This document shows, one piece after another, positions 1 through 12,660 of a stretch of 64,000 nucleotides of DNA. This DNA comes from Takakia lepidozioides (lineage: Eukaryota > Plantae > Bryophyta). Location of the stretch: positions 17,112,001 to 17,176,000 of the forward strand of contig CM060732.1 in NCBI GenBank assembly GCA_030704615.1, read 5' to 3'. The notes under the pieces were generated by a model, which saw only the letters and a program-made list of their open reading frames with translations, was not told the origin of the DNA and ran no database searches. The position numbers and the translations under genes were made by a program. Position 1 is the first letter of the stretch, and every line of letters starts with the position of its first letter.

Positions 1-3000
1 TGCATTGACTATCTTAGCTAATATAGTGCATAGTATTTTGTTGGTGGCTTCTGCCTGCCCATTACCATGTGGGTAATAGGTTGTACTCTTCTTGTGCACA
101 ATCATGAACTCTTTAGTCAATAGTTCTATAGTCTCGTTAATGAAGTGACTTCCCTGGTCACTAATAAATTCCAGGGGACAGCCAAATCTTGTGAGTATGT
201 TCTCATATAGGAACCTTGCTGTAGACTTAGCTGTGGTGTCCCTCAAAGCCTTAGCTTCTACCCACTTCGTAGTATAATCAGTGGCTGTGATTATATACTT
301 GTTCTGTGTATTTCTGGCTGGTGGGTTTATTTGGTCCAACAAAGTCTAGTCCCCACTTCTGAAATGGTTCAGTAGGCATCGTAGGATGCAAAGCCATCTT
401 TCCAGATCTCTGCAATGGTCCTAGCCTCTGACACTCATCACAACTCTTGCAATACTTGTGTACATCCTTGAACAAAGTAGGCCACCAAAAACCTGCATGT
501 AATATCTTCCTATTGGTAGTCTCCTCTCCAAAATGACCTCCAGCCACTCCTTTATGAACTTCCTCCAAAACTTTATTTACTTCATGGTGGTACAAGCATC
601 GTTTCAGAACTCCATCAGGTCCTAGCTTATACATTTTGCAGCCTATCATAGTGTAAGGTAAAGCCTTGATAGCTATTCTCTTTCTCTGTTCCTTCCCATA
701 ACTGGGTGGGCAGTGACCATGAGTAAGGTAGTATCTGATTGGCCACTGCCAATCTAACCAATCATCTGCACTTCCTTGCACCTCCACTGCAAATAGACTC
801 GCATCAGGTAGTTGATCGTCTACTCCTGTGGCGGGCTCTCCTGTTGATAGACGTGACAAGTGATCTGCCACAAGATGCAAATGGCCAGGCTTGTAAACAA
901 CTTTGAATTCAAATTCATGCAAGATTATTAACCATCTTGCTATTCTGCCACTTATCAAAGGCTTGTTCACCAGATAAATCAAAGCCCGATGATCCACAAA
1001 AAACATAAACTTCCTTCCCAATAGGTAATGCCTGGATTTCATGACTGCATAAATCATTGCCAATGCTGCTCTTTCAGTGGTGCTATAATTCCTTTCAGCA
1101 CTGTTCAACAACCTGCTAGCAAAGTACACAAGTGAATCTATGTTTCCTGTGATATTTTGGGCTAACACCGCTCCCAATGCTTCTCCTGAGGCATCACAGT
1201 GCACATGAAATACTACATGCCAGTGGGGGTTAATCAACACAGGTGTAGTTGTTACTGACAACGTAAGTTCCTCAAAAGCCTGTTGACACTGAGCTGTCCA
1301 TGTAAACACTGCATCCTTCTTCAAAAGCTTGCTCAAAGGTGATGCCATCTGTGCATACCGTCTGACAAACCTTCTGTAGTAACTGGTTTGTCCAAGGAAC
1401 CTCCTTAGACTCTTAGCATTTCCTAGTGGTGGAGATGCTTTAATGGCCTCTGTCTTTCTGGGATCCACAAGCAGTCCCCTCTTACACACAATGTGTCCTA
1501 GTAGTACCCCTGAATTCACACAGAAAGTACGTTTTTTCTGGATTTAGACCAAGACCTCTCATCCTGCATCTGACCAAACATAATTCCAACTTCTGCAAGT
1601 GCTCATTCTTAGAGTTGTACACACTGAAGTCATCTAAGAACACTTGCATGAAATCATCCAGATACTCGTGAAAAGATTCACTTATCACCCTCTGGAAAGT
1701 TGCTGGTGCATTACAAAGTCCAAAAGGCAGACTTTGTATGTATAAGCACCCCAGTCTGTGATGAAAGTTGTCTTCCCCTGGTCTTCTTCCACCACTTGCA
1801 CTTGGTTATATCCACTGAAGCCATCCATGAATGAGTACATCTCATGGCCTGCAACAGTGTCAAGTACAGCTTCTGTGAATGACAAAGGAAATGGATATTT
1901 CTTTGTACAAACATTCAACTTCTTATAGTTCACACAAACTCTCAGTTTGCCATTCTTCTTGGGAACTATCACAATGGGTGACAACCAGGTTGTATACTCT
2001 ATTGGGTATATGAACTTAGCCTCAGCCATCTTCTTGATCTCTTCCCCAACCTTCTGTACATAGTTAGGATTCATCTTGTACCTAGCCTGTTTGATTGGCA
2101 CTGACCCTGGTTCCAGTTCAATCTTATGCTGGCAAATCTCAGGTGGTATCCCTTTCAGATCCTCATAGCTCCAAGCAAATACATCTTTGTATTTGATAAA
2201 CAGGCTCTTAGCTTCCTCAAGGAATTCTGGCTCCAAGTCAGCCCCTACTTTCACCATTCTTGGTTCCTTCTCAGTTCCCACATTCACGTCTCTCACCTGC
2301 TCTTCAGCCGTGATTGTCCATCTAGCCACTACTTCATCCTGTAAACTCACAATGGCTGGTTCTTCTAGGATTTCTATTTCTCCCTCTCTCTCCTCATAGA
2401 AATGTAGGGGGTAACTACTTGTTTCACCCTCAATTGGGGTTGCCGTTACTGCACCACAACAGATACCTTTAAAACAACTCAGACCTCCCAGTTGCATTTC
2501 TGCAACCTGCTCCCACTCTGGGTGTGCAGCAAGTAGAGTAGTCTCCTGCTCCTCATCAAGTCCTCCCCTCCAGTCATACTCTCTGACCCCCCGAGGTCTT
2601 CTGGTAGTAGGTAGCCTACTAGATTTCTTAGTGGTGACTTGTATCTTGTGCTTCCCATCATGCACAGTCAGTAACTGGGAATTCTAGTCATGGAATACCC
2701 TGGCCCGTTTCAGCCATGGTCGACCCAGCAATAAGGAGTAAGCTTCCATGACATCATCCATTTTCAACATAGTCACTGTGATCTTAAAGATCATCTTCTG
2801 AATCTGTATCTTAACTCCTCTTATCAAGCCTAAAGGCTGTACACTCCTTTGATCTGCCATTGTTACTGTGAGTGGGGCTGGTTTCATACTATTCAGACCA
2901 AGCTTCTGCCTTAATTGGTCTGTCATGATATTCACTCCTGAGCCTCCATCTATCAGTACATTAGTTAGTTCTGTGCTTCTAATTCTCAATTGGATTACTG

Positions 3001-5515
3001 GCATAGAATCATCAAAGTCCATGACTATTTCTCGCCCTTCTGGCTTCACATTGTAGCTTGTCACCTTGTTGTTCAGGTCTGTGTTCTCTGTCACATGAGC
3101 AATATGATTAATTGCTTGATACAGCCTGTGCCTACAATGAGGTGCCACAGCCAATAGCTGTCCAATGGTAATCTCAGCTTTGGTCTGGCATATTACTTCA
3201 GCCAGAGTCCCTTCATTACTCTGCACTTGTGCAGTTTTTTTCTTCACTTCATCTTCACCCTCTTCATCTTCTCCATCAGAGTAAGAAGAATCTGCCATAG
3301 GAAAATCAGTATTTTTCTGCATTTCCCTTATGGTATCAGCCACTTCCATGTGTAGTTCCTTCTCATCTCTCCAAGCCTCATCATCCTCAAGCACATCACT
3401 ACCAGCCTCATTACCATCTTCTTCCTCATCCACTGGAGGTATTAGTTTAGCTTTGCTTCTGGTCACTATCATTGTACTCACTTCCGGTACAATACATGGC
3501 CTAACCATGTGAGCTGCCACCACTGGGCCCTCATTCACAGGAGCTCTCATCTCATTCTGGTGTCTGATCCAGAATGGACAGGCTACCTTACGATGTCCTG
3601 CCTGATTATAGTAACATAGTTCTTCCCCATTAGGTCCTTGCCCTTGGTCTGCTCTGGGATTGTTTTGATAATCCTGATTCCCTGGCTGGTAATTCCCCCT
3701 TGGATTACCCAGATAGTTACCTCCGGGATTGCCTTGGTAATTCCCTCTTGGATTACCTCTCCCTGCCATACCATTGTTATAACCACCAAGCCTTCCATAG
3801 TGGTCCTGATCATTGTTTCTTCTTGGCTGGGGCTGCACTTGATGTACCCTTACTTGCCTAGGTTCTCTTGCAGCTATTCTTCTGTTGTAATAACAATTCT
3901 CAGTAGAATGGTTATCCATTTTACAGATAGTACAGTGTTTGTCCTTCATGTGGCATTCAGCTGTGGTATGGCCTTCATTCTGACATTTTGCACACCAAAC
4001 ACCCTTCCTCCAATGTGTTGCAGCCTCTGTAGCATACTTTTTCAAGATCTCCTCCAGTCTTTTCTCATAATTTTCCCTCTTCAACTTTTCCTTCTTCTTA
4101 CTCTTCCTTTTGAGCTCTTGCTCTTCTTCCTCATCTGACTCATCCTCAGAGTCCTCATCATCCCTTTTATCTCTTCTGAGCATTCCCAATTGCTCAATCC
4201 TGTTGGCTGTTTCAAATGCCTCCTCCACTGTATTATGGGGTAACATATCAACTTTCTTTTGCAACTCTGGTCTTAGTCCACTCACAAACCAAGTCTTCTG
4301 TAACCCTGGCGCTGGTACAACAGCCAGCTTTTTCATCATTAACTCCATCTTTTCCATGTACTCCTCAACAGCTTCATGCTTCTTTTGCCTTAACTGTTGT
4401 AAACTTCCATACACTTCATCCTCAGTTTTGCTTGTCCTGAACCTGTTTCGGAATGCCGTACTAAGGCCATTCTAGGTTAGGAAATGATTATCTGGAAATC
4501 TTGCATACCATTCACTTGCTTTTTTGATAAGTGAACAAGGAAACAGTCTCATCTTGGCATCATCGCCATTCTCATTGTTCACAATACACATGTGCTCAAA
4601 TTGGCTAATGTGTACATCAGGATCCCCTTTCCCTGCGTATATTGGAAAATGTGGTTTTGCCCGTATTGGAGGTACCGCCATCTGTGGCCCTACACCCTGC
4701 CCACTGACAGGTGCTGGTCCTCCTGTTTGTGCTGGTCCTTAAGGATCTATTGTTGTAGTGGTGGATCTTCCACTAGATGCTGGCCCCTGAGCACTCCCTG
4801 CTACTGGCCCCACTGTATTCTCAGTATCCCCAGCTCTAGTTGCACTACTTCCCACACTCCCTGTCCCCCCAGAGCCAGATCCAAGCTGCCCGCCTGATCC
4901 CCTTGAGCCGACACCTTCGTTGGCCTGTGATCCAAGTGCTCCACTTGATCCAGGTCCAACACGTTGGGATGTCCTGGTTGTAGTCTCAACCTCAACTGTT
5001 GGGTCTATTTTTTCATACTCTTCGTCTTCCAATTTCTTTTCTCTGTTTTCATCTTCCAAGTTCTGCCCTTGGGTTTCTTCTTCTTCACTCATGTAACTCA
5101 ATTGCAATGGTGTTGGAGAGTCTGAACTCTCCGTTGGCTCTGCCACATCCTCCCCTCCTTCTTTGTCTTCCGTTTCAGAAACTGGAGTTCCTGCTTTTGG
5201 TGTTCCATGCCAACTCTTATCAAAGATTTCTGTCAAATCTTTTATCCAGGGATGTACCTCAGATCTCTCCCCTCGTGGCTGATCTTCTTCCTGTACCAAA
5301 TCCCTTAATCTTTCTTGTAAAGAATAAGAAGGAGTGGCATCCAACTCTGGTTCCTCCGGTATGGGTGATGTACTCTCCGATCTTAATGGTGTGAGAGGTC
5401 CAGATGACTCCCCTATGTCTATTCCTCTCTCCCAAAGATATGGATAATTAGCTTTCAAATAACTTTTTTTTTTTGCTGAATATCTTTGAAGTCTAGCTTC
5501 TCTTTCATCACTCAT
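1..5515 (-). pseudogene. gag-pol polyprotein, degenerate
   Basis: ORFs 4739-5515, 4472-4681, 2684-4414 and 1685-2665 share one frame and are separated by single stops. Frameshifts lead into 1482-1688 and 278-1519. The integrase core continues over 1-280 (KWVEAKAL..RFGCPLEFISDQGSHF..GNGQAE). Confidence 0.93.
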
Positions 5516-5535
5516 GTCCCATGTCTTTCATATCT

Positions 5536-6100
5536 TCAATGAGGCAATAACCAAAACTCTCTTCTGTAGTATCTCTCGTATATGCCTAGGTTGCTTTCAA
5601 GCTTCAAAGCACCCTTGGCTATACTAGAAGTCTCTGTTACCATATAACCATATGGCAAACACGTTTGGAAAGCTGTTCTTGGTGTAAGTTTGATCCACAA
5701 GATATCCTTGGGAATCCAATTCTTTACCAGTACAAGTTCTTCATGCATATATGTGTAAACATTCACTTTCCGTTCCTCCCAGCCTTCAAACTCCACTCGT
5801 TTAATGGATAACAACGCTATCACATAAACCAGTGTTGGTAACCAACTTGCTCTTCCTCTACAGGCCACCTGATAAATCTTTATCACTCCTTTCTCCAGAC
5901 CCCACTCATGATCTGCATCATGCACTCTCTTAAGAATGTTTTCTTTGCAACCGTCTGACAATTCCAAGAATCTCTAAAAGAATTGCTTGGACAACTTTTC
6001 TTTCTCAGTTCCACATGGAATTTGATTCACATCAAATTCTTTAATTCTCCAACCACCATGATCCCACCAGATGCCTGTCACATCTAGTTGTTCTTGACCC
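5536..6100 (-). pseudogene. Extra reading frame between PBS and gag (unknown product, one internal stop)
   Basis: ORFs 5974-6231 and 5536-5967 share a frame that differs from gag. No recognisable motif. Confidence 0.4.
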
Positions 6101-6103
6101 AGT

Positions 6104-6121
6104 TCCCCAGTATGGTCGCCA
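6104..6121 (-). promoter_or_regulatory. Primer binding site, tRNA-Arg type
   Basis: Minus strand reads ...CA-TT-TGGCGACCATACTGGGGA directly after the LTR end. It resembles the complement of a plant tRNA-Arg 3' end. Confidence 0.8.
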
Positions 6122-6123
6122 AA

Positions 6124-7204
6124 TGTCGAGCGGCTTTTACTCACCCATCCCTTCGCTATCCGAGGTGGAAACTCCAAGATAGAAGAGTTGGATATCTCTA
6201 AGCACTCAGCTCGCTCAGAACAATCAGTCATGACCTACAGCTAATGAATCATGGTTGTGCTTCCTGTTTGTATTTCCTCTTGCCTTCATGTTAGCAAGTT
6301 ACCTTACTGTGTATACTGAAGCATCAGATTGCTTCAGTATCTATCAAGTTCCATTCACTCATCCATTCATTCCACAGCTTCACTCAAGTCTCTCTTCACA
6401 GTGTGATTGTATCGATTAAGTATCAGATTAAGATTTATCAGGTATCAGGCCGAAATCAATAATGTCTCTAATCTACTCTACAGTATCACTACAGCTTTGC
6501 ATGTAACGAGTATCTACTCATCATCTCTCCTCCTTTACCGTGCTCTCCTTCCTTGCTCCCGTTCCTGCTCTCCCCCCCCCCGATCTCCTTCCATGAATCA
6601 CCAAGAATCCCTCTCCGTGAAAAAGTCCTCTCCCATGCTTGCTCTGCCTATTTTATCTACAAGCTGTTCTAACCACTTTAAGAAGTAAACACGTTCCATC
6701 TGCAGATGTCGTTCCCACACAGTCGTTCCCTGCCAATGATAACCGTTCCCTACGTACGCTGTGATGGCTGTGCCAAGCCGTGTCGGGCTGTGACTGTGCC
6801 GAGCTGTGACTGGCTGTGTAAAGCTGTGTCGGGTTTTGTCATGCTGTGTCGAGTTGTGACTGGCTGTGTAAAGCTGTGTCGGGCTGTGTTGTGTTGTGTC
6901 GAGCTATGACTGGTTGTGTTGTGTTGTGTCGAGCTGTGACTGGTTGTGATTAACTGCGACAATCTGTGTAAGGCTGTGTCGGGCTGTGTAAGGCTGTGTA
7001 TGGCTGTGATAGACTATGATAGGCTGTGTACGACTGTGTAAGACTATGACTAAGTGTGTAAGCCTGTCTACCACCCCTACAGCCTGTGCTTGTCACCCCT
7101 AAGGCCTCTGTTGGTTTAAGTCTACCATCCGTAAGTCTGCGCAAAAATTAAGGATACCCCACAGAGCCCATAAAAGTGTCTAAGTCCTAGACAGCCCCCT
7201 AACA
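6124..7204 (-). repeat. 5' LTR (~1081 bp, TG...CA)
   Basis: Bounded by the PBS on one side. On the other it ends at TGTTAGGGGG (minus), exactly where homology to the OSB repeat stops. Confidence 0.8.
6755..7065. repeat. ~10-bp degenerate minisatellite inside the LTR (GGCTGTGTAA/GGCTGTGTCG)
   Basis: Visible 10-bp periodicity. Confidence 0.9.
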
Positions 7205-7920
7205 CTTCTCTCTGTAATCCAACAGGCAATTACTTTTCTGCAGCGATTGTCCCACCATTAACAGTGGTCAGAAAAGTATTCATTCCACAGCTTCTCCTCG
7301 TCTCTGTTACCTGTTTATGGATACTTTCTTGTCGTCACATTGGCAGTATCATGTCAGTCACTCAAAGGTTCAGTCAACTAGCTAACTTGCAGAATTCAAC
7401 ATGAAAATTTAGGGCCGATCCTGATAAGAGGGAAAAACAGGGTGAAATGTGTTGAAGAAAGTGCCTTCATTAGCAGTGCTTGATTTTATCAATTGTGCTG
7501 CTGCTGCTGCGGCTTCCAGTTGACCATCTGTTTGTACCTGTCCTTCCACAGGGAATCATAGGTAATCTGGAGCTTGAAATTTGGCCCTCGTGGATGAATC
7601 TGGACCCACACTCTATCCTTGCTCCTTCAGCTCTCCATGCCTCTGCACAAATCATGCATACATCCTTGCATTGCTGCTAGCAGCTGACAATGACAGCCTA
7701 GAATTGTTCCAGTAAACACCCCAACCCTACTTATCGCACTAGTTCCTATGCTGACTTGCGTCTGCTTCCAACAGGCATTCACCTTTTTGCCTGTCCATAG
7801 TTCCACCATTGACTGGGGTCGGAATATTCTTTCCAGAGCTTCTCATTGTCTCTGCTATCTATTTTTCGATACTTTCCTGTTGCCACATTGGCAGTAACAT
7901 GTCAAAATCACTCCAAAAGC
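7205..7920 (-). pseudogene. Inverted copy of OSB-like PDF-motif exon/intron units
   Basis: Reverse complement of the units at 23050-24600 (EKLWNEYFSD..WWDNR / IHPRGPNFK..ITYDSLW). Confidence 0.85.
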
Positions 7921-7924
7921 TAGT

Positions 7925-8138
7925 ATGTGTTCAAGTCTAGTATGAGGGGGATCATCGTTGATATTGAGAAAAGGCAGGGCAACTTGCTGATGGGTGCATT
8001 CAAGGACTTTTACCTTATACCAGCCTGGGCGTATGTCATTGCCACGGGTACTTATTCCTGCCTAACCACTTCAGCCCTTGTTGTGGACACCTTTATGCGT
8101 TTGTCATGAGGGTTCAAGAGATACACAGTCTCTTGCAT
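7925..8138 (-). mobile_element. CACTA/En-Spm accessory (Tnp1/TnpA-like) exon remnant
   Basis: After a ttctttatag acceptor it reads VYLLNPHDKRIKV, then after a frameshift GNDIRPGWYKVKVLEC..VALPFLNINDDPP. This matches the Tnp1/En/Spm C-terminal pattern. More exon-like pieces extend to ~9300. Confidence 0.55.
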
Positions 8139-9682
8139 CTATAAAGAAAAGCAGCCAGCTGGCGTTAACAAGGGTGAAGGTGCGACAAATCCAAAGCAGG
8201 AAATTGAATCATTAATACAAGTAACTTGATGGACAACAAACATCACAAAAAAAATTAGACCATACCGCGTATGTCGCACTGGATGAGAGAGCAGCTGGGG
8301 CAGCCGGGTCAGCTGGGCCAGCTCTTACATGCAGTACTGCCGTAGCGGAAGAGAAGACAATACTACATCTGTACATTAACTTTACTAGACCAGTGACCTA
8401 AGCATTCCTCATTGACATGCTTAGAAAGTATCTACTCGCATGCCTTGTGTGGTTCTTCGCACTCTGTCACTTCCGACATCCCTTCTGGTTTCTAACACTA
8501 CTTTAGCACACTGGTTATCCACCGTCTAGTATTTCATCACTCCCTTTAGGAAATAAGCCCCTCTAAGTTAATAATCCAAACTGCACTCCCAACATCGAAT
8601 AGGTGTCTTTAGAAATCTATAACTCATGAATGTTTGATCAAAATGACACCATGCAACTTCCCTCTGGTTCATTTATCATAACTCTGCAACTCTGTATTAG
8701 TCAAGCAGCAATATCGCCCATGAACAGTAAACTGTAGTCAGCCCAAAGAGCACAAAAATGCTGGATCGATTATAACCATTTATTTGCAGAAAAGTTTCAA
8801 AGTCATAAACCCCCTTCACCTACATCTCTCCTGCTCTATTCTCGAACTCTGGTGATTCTCCCCTGCGATCTCCTCCTCTGTTCACTCTCTTCGACCTTCA
8901 TCATCCTCACAAGCTTCTGCCATCACCCTCTTCCATGCTTAACACTCACATACAGGCCTGAGATTGATTTTGCTAAATTCTGCTGCAGTGTCAAAGTGCC
9001 ATATTCAAAAATTAATGACTCCTTTCCAGCAGAACCGTTTCTGTAGTTCTCAATTTTTCTTACTTGTATTATCATAATTCTATGATACCCTGAAATCCAT
9101 TCACAAGAAGCTATCACCAGAAATAAACTGAGTCAACTCGTGTTCACACAAAAACATAGTTGTGTTAATACTTGTTTTTACATAAAAATACAACTACATA
9201 AGTACGTCTTTTCAGCTACTTTTACCTTCACAGGCTTGCTGCTGACCGCAACCACGCTGCTCATATCCAACGATTTCGCATTCCAAGACACCACAACCTG
9301 TTTAGAAACATGTCAAACACTCCCTTCGTATCCTCGATGATGCCGTATTTGGCATACATGTATACTACGTGCAAAAAAATATGTCATACTCTTCAATGAC
9401 TATGTTCATAGTCATCGAGAGTGATAACGTCGTCATTGTCGGACTCCGTTGATGTTGATGAAGGAGACAAGGGAGTTGATGATGTGCCCACATGTACGGG
9501 GTTGATACGGAGAGCCCAGGCCCGTGCTCAGGCGGTCAATGAGGGGCCCCGTGAATGTTGACTTTCTTGCACACCTCGACGACATGGCGGAGGCATATTG
9601 ATGACAAATGCTCGGGCTACATCCGAATCAACAATGAGGGCATGCACATCCGGAAAATGTACCCCCGAAACACAATCAAACT

Positions 9683-10345
9683 GGTCTGTCTGTCTGTGCA
9701 TCTACAACTTCCTTGATACTATCATCTGAAAATGTCCAACCTCCTCTCTTGGTAAGGTCTCTAAGCAGTATCCCATCCTCACTCCGAGCATCCCAGTCCG
9801 TCTTTGAGAGAAGACTCCAGCCAGAACCGACGTAACTAAGAGCCACTTCACCTTACAGCTACTGCCCTCTTTCGGGGGTGGGCCATATATGACCATAGGT
9901 GCAGTAACACCTAAGACTAAAACCTTATGCATGAGTTTGTTCTAGTTTGGGTTTGTTAATGATGAGGGCTGTGAGGGATCGGATGGCGGTAAGATGGATT
10001 CTTTCGAAGCAGTGGTTGATGGTTGTAGTAGGGATGTTGAAGTTGTTATGTATAGCATTTAGGCTGGTGATGCCACCTCTAGTGCCTGATGTAATGACTA
10101 TTAAGGGGCCTGTGTGTCAAGTGTTGCATAATTGCAAGGATGAGGGGGGCACATTTTTCGCGCTTACTTAGGATGGCTATGTTAGGATATTTGTCGTGGC
10201 AATACGTAAATTTGACAAAGTGAATGATAGGATTGCGTGAAGGAGAAGCGGGGGGAGTGACGTTCAGGGGTAGATCGATAACTTTAAGTATGTCCAAGCA
10301 AAGCCGAGCAGGACAGGTGCACGGCGTGGTGGGGCTATGACATGG
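9683..10345 (-). mobile_element. 3' end of a non-LTR retrotransposon with restriction-like endonuclease (RLE)
   Basis: CTCPARL.LDILKV..IIHFVKFTYCHD..K.EK.APL, then (frameshift) PLIVITSGTRGGI..IHLTAIRSLTALIINK. Followed by a UTR and a short (CAGA)n-like tail. Confidence 0.65.
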
Positions 10346-11783
10346 GAGCAGCTGTAAAGTAAAAATTGATAACACACACAACAAATAATCATTTTGATGG
10401 GGAATCCTTTCAATCAATTTTTTCACACCCACCGGGATAGATCTCAGATTTCCCTCCTTGATCATACCCGTCAGTCCTAGTTTCAAAGCTACATGAAGCC
10501 GCAGTGGAAGCATGAAAACATCGTGACACCTAGACTGGACCTAGTAGATTCTCACTTGCAATTTCAATGATTCGTTCGGTTTCCCGTTATCAGCCCTTGA
10601 CCACTTGTTCAGAGAAGATATCGTGACCCCGTGGGGTGGCGCGGCCCGGGGCACCTGCACTCCGTCAGTCCGTCCATACGATTCACCATGTCAACGTTCG
10701 GATGAGTACACTATAGCTTCGATTGGTCCTATTGTGCTGCGTTCAATTCCCTAAGTGGGCAATTTGGGCCATCTAGTCCATGCTCGGCCTTGCCGTCCGC
10801 GACTGACCCTGTCCGATGAGTCGCTCTTCACCCGTAATGGGCCCTCTCAGCACCTGTGCGGCTATGTTGTGACGTTACCCTTCAATGCGGAGGTCCATGG
10901 TGTGGAGCCCGCGGGATGCATGATGCAGATCTCACGATTTCACTCACTAATCTGATGGCTTAGTGCCACTTTGCATGCACACAAGCCTGTCTCCAAGGTG
11001 TTATTGTCCTCCTTTATATCATGACTAAGATGCCCGACATGCCACTCAGGCCCTCTGCTACTCCAGGATCATTCAAAGTGCTTGTATGTATTACTGCGTA
11101 TGCTCAACTGCAAACTTAACCTCTTGTCTTGATCTCCTGCTAAGTCCTTGCTATCAACGTCCATCATTAACGTCCTACCATACCCGTCTCTCAGTTTCTC
11201 TACACCATCAGAGTTGTTGTCTCAAATCTCATAACAAAAACCAGAGCCATCGCTGCTTTGTCATTGTGCTCGCTACCCTTGTACTACCAAAAACTCGTAG
11301 ATTAGCCCTTCACATGGGGCCACTCCACTTTGATCACCGCTCAACTGATTATTGTAATACTAAACCCATTACCCGTATCGGGTGTACCTCCCCTTCATGC
11401 GTTTAATACATGGCCAAGTGGCGTCTTAATAAAGGTTTGATAATATCCCTAAGCCTAAAACGTAATTACCAAAATCTGCTTAGTCATGTACCATGTCGAT
11501 TCAAGGCGGCGCCCCCTCAACCGTCGATCAGTATTGCATCAACGCCCTGCATGTCGCCATTTCCCCGGTCTTTATCCTGCTCCGTCGATCATTCATCCCA
11601 ACTTCATCCACTATCCTTAGTGAAAGCACGCATGCTTTCCCTACCGATGAACTTCTTCCAACGTTGACTGTTCATAATCTGTTCGTCCGTCATCGCAGTG
11701 CAGCATCTTGGTGTGGTTAACTCCATCCATCTGCACCATGCCCTTCATCCGTTCATGCCCTTGGCACATACCTCACTGTTCCC

Positions 11784-12568
11784 GGGGAAGTCACTTCCAA
11801 AAATTTCCAACCGACGTGCAAAAAATATAGGGTGCAATTTATTCAGAAAAGGTAAAAATTAAAAAACATTCAAAAGTAATAAAGGGTACATTATATTGTG
11901 ATCAGGGAATTTAAATTAATATAGGGTCTAAAATAATGATTCATTTAAAAATAAATAAAATTACTATAGGGTTGAGATAATACCTATAAAAAATTCCAAA
12001 AATATATACATGTTCTGAGGGGAAGGATATAGATATTTGTACGAAGCTTACTGATAAAATGGTGGCTAGGTAGGATTCAAAAAATGAGAAGGAAGGCAGG
12101 GAGCAAGTGGGGGATATCGCGATAGCCTATTGATCTCCTAAATAGACCAACCACACCAGTTATGGTGTTATTAAACTACTTCTCAAAATCTAGAGGACAA
12201 TTTAAATTCAAATATGATCATACCGATAACAAGTGAGTAGATGTAGACTCAATTATTAGTTCAATCACTATGACCTTCGATAGAGCGCAAAACGTTTATA
12301 CTTTGAATGCTGATGATGCGAATGCTTTAAATGAATTTATTTCAACCAAATAATAAATTCATTTGTTTAAAAAAATCTTTTATTGTATTATTAATATAGG
12401 GTGTCTAATATTTGTTTGAAAAAAAATTATAATTAAAATAACATGCCCATATTACAAAATTATGTAGTTATAGGGTACTAAAAAATACCCAAAGTAAGAG
12501 TAATACCCCCCTACAAAATACCCATTTATCTCACGTGCCCTATACAAGTGATAGGGAGTGACTTCCCC
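11784..12568. mobile_element. Non-autonomous DNA transposon, TIR GGGGAAGTCACT, superfamily unassigned
   Basis: GGGGAAGTCACTTCC at 11784 and GGGAGTGACTTCCCC ending 12568. AT-rich interior with a coding remnant at 12057-12353. Confidence 0.8.
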
Positions 12569-12660
12569 GGGTCATTGTTTTATACGCTCATTCCTCCTTA
12601 GTTCATCCTACTTCCGTCCGCCCATCATCCATTTGATAAACCCCTAGGGTTTTATTGGCA

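Larger units (their letters stand above)
1..7204 (-). mobile_element. Ty3/gypsy LTR retrotransposon (non-chromovirus type); 5' LTR to integrase, runs off the left edge
   Basis: Order on the minus strand is LTR, PBS, gag, zinc knuckles, protease (VLIDGGSGVNIM), RT (FMDGFSGYNQ, VFLDDF), RNase H (HCDAS..ERNYSTTE), integrase (H..GGHFG..C..C, WGLDFVGP, ISDQGSHF). Confidence 0.95.

Noticed and set aside
6095-6125. tRNA gene
   Set aside because: Only the 18-nt tRNA 3'-end match of a PBS; no cloverleaf. No tRNA or rRNA genes were seen in the window.
6407-7144. Short ORFs in the LTR
   Set aside because: By-products of the minisatellite and LTR sequence, with no motif.
10400-11780. Continuation of a gypsy LTR or pol tail (HDVFHAS-like peptide)
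   Set aside because: Too degenerate to assign boundaries or identity.
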